Positions 26,869 through 35,097 of a stretch of DNA of 40,447 nucleotides are shown here, piece after piece (position 1 is the first letter of the stretch; every line of letters begins with the position of its first letter). Under the pieces are notes generated by a model. That model had not been told where the DNA came from. It saw only the letters and a list, made by a program, of their open reading frames with translations, and searched no databases. This DNA is from Leptospiraceae bacterium (lineage in GTDB: Bacteria > Spirochaetota > Leptospiria > Leptospirales > Leptospiraceae): contig JANMOF010000135.1 in the NCBI GenBank assembly GCA_031368925.1, positions 1 to 40,447 of the forward strand, in the 5' to 3' direction. The translations under genes were made by a program, and so were the position numbers.

Positions 26869-29800
26869 ATGTTTAAAAATATTAGCATTAAAGGCAAGTT
26901 AGTAACTGTCTTCGTTGGTTTCTTTGTATTTATAGTGGTTATTATATTGTATGCCCTATTACAGATGAGCACCCTTGGAACTATCACCGATAAAATCGCA
27001 AACGATAGAATTCCTAAAATCATGGCACTGTCAGAAATTTCCAAACAAGTCAACTTGATTGCGCGTGCAGCGCGAAATATGTATATCTTCAAAGATAAGG
27101 CTATGGTGAATGAAGAAAAAAATACTATTATGAAAAGTAGAGAGATGATCGGACAAAAATTAGATTATCTCAAACCAATCATTAAAAACCCAAAAGCTAT
27201 TGTAATTTTAACTGAAATTTTTGAGACAAGAAAAGAATTTATAGTAGCGCAAGATAAATTTATCATGGCAATCGAAAAAGATGATTCAGAAGCAGCGTAC
27301 GATGTTCTTTTAAAAGAATTTAGACCCATTCAATTGAAATACATCAGCTCTTTAGACACACTCCTAGAATTCCAATCTCAATCTTCTCAAAAAGAAGCAA
27401 ACGATGCAATCGGTTTTATTTCTACCGTTTCCACAAATATTGCCATAGCATCTATCCTGTTTGCTATTTTATTAATTTTTTTCGGAATAACTCTTATCCG
27501 CTCTATTATAAATCCAATTCATATATTAGAGAAAGCTGTCATTGAGATTGGGCAGAATGGAAATTTCGACGCAAAATTTGAAATTCATTCAGAAGACGAA
27601 ATGGGAACTTTTGCTAAAAATTTCCAAGAGATGATGAGTAACCTTAAATCTATGTTAGCCGACGCGTCCATGCTTTCAAGCGCTGCCGTAGAAGGAAAGC
27701 TTTCTACAAGAGCCAATGCAACTAAATACAAAGGTGATATGCGTAAAATAGTAGAAGGGGTTAACAATACATTAGACGCTGTGATTGGACCTCTTAATGT
27801 AGCTGCTGACTATGTTGATAAAATCTCGCGTGGTGTTATTCCTCCTAAAATTACTGACACTTACAACGGTGATTTTAATGTAATTAAAAATAACCTTAAT
27901 TTATTGATTCAAACATTAAACGAAGTAACATCTTCCCAAATAGAACTAACAAAAATTCACCATGAGCAAGGCTTAATCAGCGAAAGGATTGACGCAAGTA
28001 AATTTAGCGGAGTTTATGCCGATATGGCGAATAACGTCAATTCCCTAGTAGAACAACATATTCAAGTAAAAATGAGAATTGTTGAAGTGGTTACACGTTA
28101 TAGTATCGGAGATCTAAATGTTGATATGGATAGACTTCCGGGTCAAAAAGCAAAGATTACCGATTCAATTGATTCAGTAAAGAAAAGTCTTATTAGCCTC
28201 AACCAGGAAATTCTAACTTTAGTAAATGCGGCTATCGCCGGTAAACTCTCCACCCGTGCAGATGCAAATAAATTTCAATTTACATTTAAAGAAATGGTTT
28301 CAGGAATTAATCAGACGTTAGACGCAGTAATAGGACCACTTAACGTTGCCGCGGACTATGTTGATAAAATTTCTCAGGGAATTATTCCAGAACCGATCAC
28401 AAAAGAATATTTTGGAGATTTTAATACGATCAAATCTAATCTAAACATTCTTGTAAATACACTTAACCGTTTCCAATCTGATATGAAAACGATGACCAAT
28501 GAACAAAAAGCAGGCGATATAGATTATTATATTGATCCATCCGGGTTCAAAGGAATCTATAAAACAATGGCAGAGGGTGTAGTTGATAACGTAAAAATTC
28601 ATGTTACCAATATTTTAGAAATACTGAATACTGTCGGTGAGTATGGGGAGGGTAACTTAACTGTTGAATTGAAAAAACTTCCCGGAAAACAAATTATTGC
28701 AAATCAAAAAGTTGATAAGGTCCGCTCTAACCTATATCTATTAACTGAAGAAATAGAAATGCTCACGCAAGCTGCAGTAAACGGCAAATTATCCACAAGA
28801 GGAAATTCGAAAAAATTTAAAGGTTCCTACACTCAATTAATAGACGGGGTTAACAATATATTAGACGCTGTGATCCTTCCTATACAAGAAGCTTCTAGCG
28901 TATTACTAGAATTATCCAAAGGAAACCTAAGAGCTAGAGTTACAGGCGATTACAAGGGTGACCATGCTACTATTAAGACCGCTCTCAATTCAAGCTTAGT
29001 TACTCTAAACGAATACGTAGGAGAAATTTCAAGAGTTCTGTCTTCCATGTCATCAGGTGATTTGACAATTGATGTGACAAAAGACTTCGCGGGAGATTTT
29101 GCTGAAATTAAAAAAGCTCTCACTCTCATCGTGGATTCTTTTAACGAACTCATCGGAGAAATTATCAACGCCTCGGATCAAATCCTGATTAGCTCCAGAC
29201 AAGTCGCTGATTCCAGTCAATCTTTATCGCAAGGCTCTAATGAACAAGCTAGTAGTGTAGAAGAGATTACTGCAACGCTCGCCGTCATCGAACTCAAAGC
29301 TAAGGATAATGCCAATAATGCGAAGAATGCAAGTGAACGCGCATTAAGCGTCAAAGAGCAAGCTGTTGCAAGCAATAACGAAATGAAGGGAATGCTTAAA
29401 GCAATGGAAGAAATCAGTGATACATCTGAAAATATTGCTAAGATCATTAAAGAAATTGATGCCATTGCATTCCAGACAAACATACTCGCGTTAAACGCTG
29501 CTGTCGAAGCGGCACGTGCTGGACAACATGGAAAAGGGTTTAACGTTGTTGCGGAAGAAGTGCGTAACCTCGCATCACGAAGTGCGAACGCTGCAAAAGA
29601 AACTACAAAGATGATTGAAGGCTCGATCAAAACAGTTCGCTCGGGTATGGACATCGCGGGGCGAACGGCTAACGAACTAAACAAGATGACTGCGGGTGTT
29701 GTTGATGTAACAGAACTTGTAAAAGATATTGCTACTGCTTCGATTGAACAATCTTCTTCGGTTGTAGAAACTACATCGGGTATCAATCAAATTTCGCAAG

Positions 29801-29970
29801 TCACTATGAGTGCTGCTGCTACTGCCGAAGAAAGTTCTGCGGCTAGTCTTGAGTTGTCGAGCCAGGCAGAAGCTTTTCAAGCTATGGTGAAGAGATTTCA
29901 AATCAAAAGATCACGCGATGAGAAAAAGAACATTCAATCTTCTACTAAAAGAAAAATTGATTTGAAGTAA
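26869..29970 (+). CDS. mcp: Methyl-accepting chemotaxis protein with a 4HB-type sensor, a second TM, HAMP, three tandem ~90-aa HAMP-like repeat modules and a C-terminal MCP signalling domain
   Basis: TM helices flank a helical sensor region. Repeats G-K-L-S-T-R...LDAVIGPLNVAADYVDKIS...GDFN.IK.NLN.L occur three times. IAFQTNILALNAAVEAARAGQHGKGFNVVAEEVRNLASRSA signalling hairpin. Confidence 0.9.
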   Translation: MFKNISIKGKLVTVFVGFFVFIVVIILYALLQMSTLGTITDKIANDRIPKIMALSEISKQVNLIARAARNMYIFKDKAMVNEEKNTIMKSREMIGQKLDYLKPIIKNPKAIVILTEIFETRKEFIVAQDKFIMAIEKDDSEAAYDVLLKEFRPIQLKYISSLDTLLEFQSQSSQKEANDAIGFISTVSTNIAIASILFAILLIFFGITLIRSIINPIHILEKAVIEIGQNGNFDAKFEIHSEDEMGTFAKNFQEMMSNLKSMLADASMLSSAAVEGKLSTRANATKYKGDMRKIVEGVNNTLDAVIGPLNVAADYVDKISRGVIPPKITDTYNGDFNVIKNNLNLLIQTLNEVTSSQIELTKIHHEQGLISERIDASKFSGVYADMANNVNSLVEQHIQVKMRIVEVVTRYSIGDLNVDMDRLPGQKAKITDSIDSVKKSLISLNQEILTLVNAAIAGKLSTRADANKFQFTFKEMVSGINQTLDAVIGPLNVAADYVDKISQGIIPEPITKEYFGDFNTIKSNLNILVNTLNRFQSDMKTMTNEQKAGDIDYYIDPSGFKGIYKTMAEGVVDNVKIHVTNILEILNTVGEYGEGNLTVELKKLPGKQIIANQKVDKVRSNLYLLTEEIEMLTQAAVNGKLSTRGNSKKFKGSYTQLIDGVNNILDAVILPIQEASSVLLELSKGNLRARVTGDYKGDHATIKTALNSSLVTLNEYVGEISRVLSSMSSGDLTIDVTKDFAGDFAEIKKALTLIVDSFNELIGEIINASDQILISSRQVADSSQSLSQGSNEQASSVEEITATLAVIELKAKDNANNAKNASERALSVKEQAVASNNEMKGMLKAMEEISDTSENIAKIIKEIDAIAFQTNILALNAAVEAARAGQHGKGFNVVAEEVRNLASRSANAAKETTKMIEGSIKTVRSGMDIAGRTANELNKMTAGVVDVTELVKDIATASIEQSSSVVETTSGINQISQVTMSAAATAEESSAASLELSSQAEAFQAMVKRFQIKRSRDEKKNIQSSTKRKIDLK

Positions 29971-29979
29971 GGATTAAAT

Positions 29980-30468
29980 ATGACTACAACATTTGATGAA
30001 GAGCAACTCGAAGAATCACAGGATACGATGGAGAATCTCTACATCATCTTCTTCATTGATGGAAGGGAGTATGGAATAGAGATTCGTTACTTAATCGAAA
30101 TCATTGCCTTTCAACCGATTACGTTTATTCCCAATTTGCCGCAGTATGTAAAAGGAGTGATTAACCTACGTGGAAAAATTATTCCCGTTATTGATGTGCG
30201 GCTAAGATTCGGTTTGCCTCCGATCGAATACAACGAATTTACCTGTATCCTCATCATGAATATCAATAATCTCAGTGCGGGTCTTGTTGTCGATGGAGTC
30301 AAAGAAGTTTTAAAAATTCCGGCTGATGCTATTGAACCTTCGCCGGGATTTGAAGAAGCAGATGTGGAACGTTTTGTTGATTCCATTGGTAAGTCAGGTG
30401 ATACGTTAAAAATCCTTATCAACCTGAATAAATTTATTCATGAAAAAGATGTAAAAGGAATTGCTTAG
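29980..30468 (+). CDS. cheW: Chemotaxis coupling protein CheW
   Basis: 162 aa with CheW-like domain (IIFFIDGREYGIEI...GLVVDGVKEVLKIP). Position between mcp and cheA. Confidence 0.85.
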   Translation: MTTTFDEEQLEESQDTMENLYIIFFIDGREYGIEIRYLIEIIAFQPITFIPNLPQYVKGVINLRGKIIPVIDVRLRFGLPPIEYNEFTCILIMNINNLSAGLVVDGVKEVLKIPADAIEPSPGFEEADVERFVDSIGKSGDTLKILINLNKFIHEKDVKGIA

Positions 30469-30476
30469 GCTCAAAA

Positions 30477-32285
30477 ATGCTTGGAGAAAATGAACTTTCA
30501 GATCTTGTGCTTGATTCACAAGAAATTTTAGACAAAGCAGAAGGAATTCTGATTCACTTAGAAAAAAGTTTAACAGATTCGTCTGTTGACCCGGAAAAGG
30601 TAAACTCTTTATTCCGCTATTTCCATACCCTAAAAGGAAACGCGGGCTTTTTCAACTTCAATGTAATCGTTAGCCTCGCTCATTCTGCTGAATCACTACT
30701 CGAGATTGTAAGAAATGATAATTCTCTTCTAGATCAAAAAATGATTCAGCTTTTTATGGAAGCACGCGATACATTGTATGAAATTTTCTCCAATCTAAAC
30801 GAGAATAAGACAGATACAATGTTCAAAGATAAGGCGGATACATTGATTCCCCGCCTATTCTATATCAAAGCAAACCTTAAAGCAGAATCTACTGAACCTA
30901 GAAAAGAAGAACCCAGGTTTGGCATCTTCAAAAAGAAAATAGTGCTAACCGAGGAAGCTCCCACAGAAGAGAATAATAAAAATTTACCTCTAGAAAAAGA
31001 AAATCCCCCTACTCTAGAGAAAAAGAAGGCAACACCGATTGAGATTATTAACGGTAATGGAAATAATCAGGCAGCAGTTAAAAAAGACATTCGAATTGAA
31101 ACGGAAAAGCTAGATTACCTGCTCGACATGATAGGTGAGCTTGTGATTGCGGAATCTCTTGTTACCCAAAATCCTGACATTAAAGAATTAGATCTTCCTA
31201 ATTTTTCTATTCAATCTTCTTATTTACGCAAAGTTGTCCGTAACCTGCAAGAAGTATCCTTGCAGCTAAGAATGATTACCCTTGAAGGTTTATTCAATAA
31301 GATGGAAAGGCTAGTTCGAGACCTCGCACAAAAGACTGGAAAGAAGGTTGGACTCCAAATAACAGGAAAAGAAACCGAGATTGATAAAAATGCGCTCGAA
31401 ATATTGACTGACCCACTCGTTCATATAATTCGAAATTGCATTGATCATGGATTAGAAACAGGTGAAGAAAGACTAGCAAAGGGAAAACCGGAATCTGGAA
31501 ATATTAGAATTGAAGCAATGCACTCCGGTAATGAAGTTTGGATCATTGTTTCTGACGATGGTGCCGGACTAGACAAAGATAGAATTTTAACGAAAGCAAA
31601 GTCGCGCGGTTTAATCAAAGAAGGGGAAGAAGAAAATCTTAAAGATGAAAGGATTTGGGACTTCATATTTCAACCTGGATTTTCCACAAGCGACAAAGTA
31701 ACGGATATTTCTGGACGGGGCGTAGGTCTAGACATTGTTCGTAGAAACATAGCAAAGATCAACGGCGATATAGAAATCAAAACCAGGAAAGACCAGGGTG
31801 CTTCTTTTATTTTAAAATTACCACTTACAATTGCGATCATCGAAGGAATGGTTGTCATCTACAATGGGGTATTCTATATTATCCCCACAATCGACGTAAA
31901 AGAAACTCTTAACCTTACAGAATCAAAAATTGACTATATTGATCAAGACAAGAAAGTGATTCGCTTTAGAGATCAGCTAATACCTGTTGTCTCCGTAGAG
32001 AGGTTACTCAATCACGACTCGAGCGATAAAAACTCATCCTATGAAAAATCTCTTTATGTGATCATTGTGGAGTATAAGAATAATTCGCTAGCACTTGTAT
32101 TCGATGGAATTGTTGGCAATCAATCTGTCGTGATTAAACCTATTCCAGATTATCTAAAGGGCACAAAGGGATTTTCCGGTTGCACCATACTTGGAAGCGG
32201 AAATATAGGAATGATACTCGATATTAGATTCTTTATCAATAATTACTATAAGGAAAATAAAGAATCCGAAGCTTCCCATGGATAG
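30477..32285 (+). CDS. cheA: Chemotaxis histidine kinase CheA (P1 Hpt, linker, P3 dimerisation, P4 HATPase, P5 CheW-like). Short form of 602 aa with no recognisable P2
   Basis: Hpt His in FRYFHTLKGNAGFFNF. GRGVGLDIV G2 box. C-terminal CheW-like domain. Confidence 0.9.
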   Translation: MLGENELSDLVLDSQEILDKAEGILIHLEKSLTDSSVDPEKVNSLFRYFHTLKGNAGFFNFNVIVSLAHSAESLLEIVRNDNSLLDQKMIQLFMEARDTLYEIFSNLNENKTDTMFKDKADTLIPRLFYIKANLKAESTEPRKEEPRFGIFKKKIVLTEEAPTEENNKNLPLEKENPPTLEKKKATPIEIINGNGNNQAAVKKDIRIETEKLDYLLDMIGELVIAESLVTQNPDIKELDLPNFSIQSSYLRKVVRNLQEVSLQLRMITLEGLFNKMERLVRDLAQKTGKKVGLQITGKETEIDKNALEILTDPLVHIIRNCIDHGLETGEERLAKGKPESGNIRIEAMHSGNEVWIIVSDDGAGLDKDRILTKAKSRGLIKEGEEENLKDERIWDFIFQPGFSTSDKVTDISGRGVGLDIVRRNIAKINGDIEIKTRKDQGASFILKLPLTIAIIEGMVVIYNGVFYIIPTIDVKETLNLTESKIDYIDQDKKVIRFRDQLIPVVSVERLLNHDSSDKNSSYEKSLYVIIVEYKNNSLALVFDGIVGNQSVVIKPIPDYLKGTKGFSGCTILGSGNIGMILDIRFFINNYYKENKESEASHG

Positions 32286-33357
32286 TAACAGAAAAATAAA
32301 AGTATTTATCGTAGATGACCAAAGGGTTGTCCGAAATATAATCAAAAAAATGATTACAAGTGACCCGCAGATCGAAGTTGTCGGGGAAGCCTCCAACCCA
32401 TATGAGGCTAGCGAACTCATTCCTGAATTAGAGCCAGATGTGCTTACCCTAGATGTAGAAATGCCCCGCATGGATGGAGTGGAATTTTTGCGAAAGCTAA
32501 TGCCACAATATCCAATACCTGTAATAATGGTGAGTAGTACTACAGAGGAAGGATCAGAAAAAGCAATTCTAGCGATACAATACGGTGCGGTTGATTTTGT
32601 GACAAAGCCAGATGGGGGAGCGTTTACTCTAGAGTCAACGCAAGTAGAATTAATCCAGAAAATTAAAACTGCGTCTACTATCAATATTGATAGATGGCTC
32701 AAGCATTTAAAATATAAATCCCTCCCATTAGTAGCAAATCCAAATGCAGGTAAACAGCATAAAAGTAAGTATAACCTCATTGCAATTGGTGCATCAACAG
32801 GAGGAGTCACAGCAATACGAGAAGTGTTATCAACCGTTCCAAAGGATTTTCCATGCATTGTGATTACGCAGCATATGCCGCCAGGATTTACTGCAACTTT
32901 TGCAAAAGGTGTATCCAAAGACTTTGGACTCGATGTGCGAGAAGCGAAAGACTTAGATTTAATTCAAGCCGGACGTATTTATATTGCGCCTGGCGATTTT
33001 CATCTAGTAGTGAATAGAAGAAACGGAATAAACCATACAGTCGGATTAACGCAAACAGAAAAAGTAAACGGGCATAGACCTTCCGTAGATGTTCTATTTC
33101 ATTCCATAGTTGAGAATAAACTTGCACCGGAGACAATTGGCATTATTTTGACAGGCATGGGTATGGATGGAGCAAAGGGACTACTCGCAATGCGAGATGC
33201 AGGCTCAAGAACAATTGGAGAAAACGAACAATCGGCTCTGATTTATGGAATGCCAAAAGTGGCTCACGACATTGGAGCTGTAGAAGAGCAACTTCCACTT
33301 TCTATGATGGTATCCAAATTAAAAACGTATTTGAATTACTCGGGTTTGTATGTCTGA
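32278..33357 (+). CDS. cheB: Chemotaxis response regulator protein-glutamate methylesterase CheB
   Basis: REC domain (VFIVDDQRVVRN...LTLDVEMPRMDG) plus methylesterase motifs IAIGASTGG, HMPPGFT and GMGMDGAKG. Confidence 0.9.
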   Translation: MDSNRKIKVFIVDDQRVVRNIIKKMITSDPQIEVVGEASNPYEASELIPELEPDVLTLDVEMPRMDGVEFLRKLMPQYPIPVIMVSSTTEEGSEKAILAIQYGAVDFVTKPDGGAFTLESTQVELIQKIKTASTINIDRWLKHLKYKSLPLVANPNAGKQHKSKYNLIAIGASTGGVTAIREVLSTVPKDFPCIVITQHMPPGFTATFAKGVSKDFGLDVREAKDLDLIQAGRIYIAPGDFHLVVNRRNGINHTVGLTQTEKVNGHRPSVDVLFHSIVENKLAPETIGIILTGMGMDGAKGLLAMRDAGSRTIGENEQSALIYGMPKVAHDIGAVEEQLPLSMMVSKLKTYLNYSGLYV

Positions 33358-34597
33358 CAAAATATTACTTTATACTAAAAATGAAACAATTGTAGAACAG
33401 GTCACAGCCTATATTAGTGATCTTACTTATAAATTCAGTGTAGCGGATAATATAGATAATCTCACGACCAATCTAAGATCAGAAGAGTCATGGCTTTTAG
33501 TATATGACTTTATGGATACTTCAAAAGAGAATCAAAAAAATCTCGCTAACATATTAGCTGATTATCCATTTCAATTGGTAATTCTTTTAATCAACAGGGA
33601 TGAAGGCGATGAATTCATCCAGATGATGGAAAATTATAATGTCTATGACATTGTTGCTTACCCAATTTATAAATTCAAATTACATTTTGCCATAACAAAA
33701 GCAGTTAGCTACGGAAGAGTCATATCGAAAATTTCAGACTTTAAATCTAACGAAAAACAAGTTTTCGAATCTATGATCAAAGTGTTTGATTGGCGAAAAG
33801 AACTCGATACCAGGAAAGTAGAATCCCTGGCTAATGAACTTATACACCAAATCAATATTAGCTTCTTTCATGGAAGCGGGCTCGGTTCTCTTATTAGCAC
33901 ACTCAGTATTTTATTTTCGAAAGCAAAATTGGACGAAGATAAAAAAGCCTACCTGGTTCATGAAAAAATTTACCAATTATTAAAAGACAATTATGATGAA
34001 ATTCTAAAACTAAGCGATAGTCTTACCAAAACACAGGAAATACTTGCTGAAAAGAATTACTATACCGAAAAAATGACTCTTAAGGATTTTTACAGTGCGT
34101 TAACCGCAATGGTAAAAGGAATGAAACCAATAGCTGGAATTAAAACCCAAAAAATAGTGATGGGAAATTTTCCAATAGAACTTGCATCTAGATCAATCAT
34201 AGCAAGCCCTGAAAATTTAAAGCTAGTCTTTGATGAATTACTCACAAATGCAATCAAATACTCTGAAGACGGGGATACTATCTATATATTATTTTCTCAT
34301 GATAAGTCCGATCTGGGAATTAGAATTTTAAACCCTGCTTATAAAAATTCTGACGGAACCGTAGGGATAACAGAGAGTAATGCACATAAAATATTCGAAC
34401 CATTTTTCAGATTGACGAATGTTGTTGATGATAGATTTATGCAGGAGACATTTCGATTTGGCTTAGGTCTCACCGTCGTAAATAAAATTATTGATTTACA
34501 TAAAGGTAGCATTTCGTTTTATACAACAGACAATAATATGAGACGAGATAGTAACACAAAAGATGTTTGTGTTTGGGTTAGATTTCCCATTTTATAA
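33350..34597 (+). CDS. Histidine-kinase-like ATPase (HATPase_c) protein with an N-terminal receiver-like (possibly pseudo-receiver) domain and no canonical H-box
   Basis: N-box ELLTNAIKYS. G2 box GLGLTVVNKIIDLHKGSI. N-terminal alpha/beta region with LVILLINRDEGDEF resembling REC. Translationally coupled to cheB (8-nt overlap). Confidence 0.6.
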   Translation: MSDKILLYTKNETIVEQVTAYISDLTYKFSVADNIDNLTTNLRSEESWLLVYDFMDTSKENQKNLANILADYPFQLVILLINRDEGDEFIQMMENYNVYDIVAYPIYKFKLHFAITKAVSYGRVISKISDFKSNEKQVFESMIKVFDWRKELDTRKVESLANELIHQINISFFHGSGLGSLISTLSILFSKAKLDEDKKAYLVHEKIYQLLKDNYDEILKLSDSLTKTQEILAEKNYYTEKMTLKDFYSALTAMVKGMKPIAGIKTQKIVMGNFPIELASRSIIASPENLKLVFDELLTNAIKYSEDGDTIYILFSHDKSDLGIRILNPAYKNSDGTVGITESNAHKIFEPFFRLTNVVDDRFMQETFRFGLGLTVVNKIIDLHKGSISFYTTDNNMRRDSNTKDVCVWVRFPIL

Positions 34598-34616
34598 AAA
34601 GCAAGGTAGGTAGAGT

Positions 34617-34979
34617 ATGAAAAAAGTTCTTATAGTTGATGACTCCCCAATGGTTTTAAATATAATTGAGACTGCCCTGAGCCTCGAGGATTATGACGTA
34701 GTTCGAGCGTCTAATGCTGATGAGGCGCTAAAAAAAATGGATGAAGGAAAATTTGACTTTGGTATCTTCGATGTAAACATGCCGGGAAAAACAGGAATAG
34801 AACTTGTTCCATTGGTCTTAAATCATCCCAATGGAAAAGAGATGAAAATCGTTATTCTCACCACTGAGTCAAGCTCCGAAATTCGAAAGAAAGGAGAAGA
34901 TGCAGGCGCATGTGCATGGATGGTAAAACCTTTCAAAAATGCAGAAATGATAGACCTACTAAAACAACTAGAAGAATAA
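34617..34979 (+). CDS. cheY: CheY-like single-domain response regulator
   Basis: VLIVDDSPMVLN...FDVNMPGKTGIEL...KPF, 120 aa. Confidence 0.8.
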   Translation: MKKVLIVDDSPMVLNIIETALSLEDYDVVRASNADEALKKMDEGKFDFGIFDVNMPGKTGIELVPLVLNHPNGKEMKIVILTTESSSEIRKKGEDAGACAWMVKPFKNAEMIDLLKQLEE

Positions 34980-35097
34980 TCTCTCTCCATACAAATATGC
35001 CACCGAGGCAATAATCCTTGAATTAAACTTTTTTCTACTTGCTTGTTCTATTTATCAAATTAAGATTTGCAGAATAAACTAGAAGCAGGAGCGTTTT

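Noticed and set aside
27770-28400. Repeated segments in mcp as possible DNA repeat or mobile element
   Set aside because: Copies are conserved at protein level but diverged at nucleotide level. Ancient intragenic domain duplication, not a repeat element
29217-29786. 189-aa ORF (and several 60-100 aa ORFs) antisense within the MCP gene
   Set aside because: Ala/Ser-rich low-complexity translations of the antisense of the MCP signalling domain. Typical shadow ORFs with no RBS
32154-32918. 254-aa minus-strand ORF across the cheA/cheB junction
   Set aside because: Antisense to two well-supported chemotaxis genes with clear domain signatures
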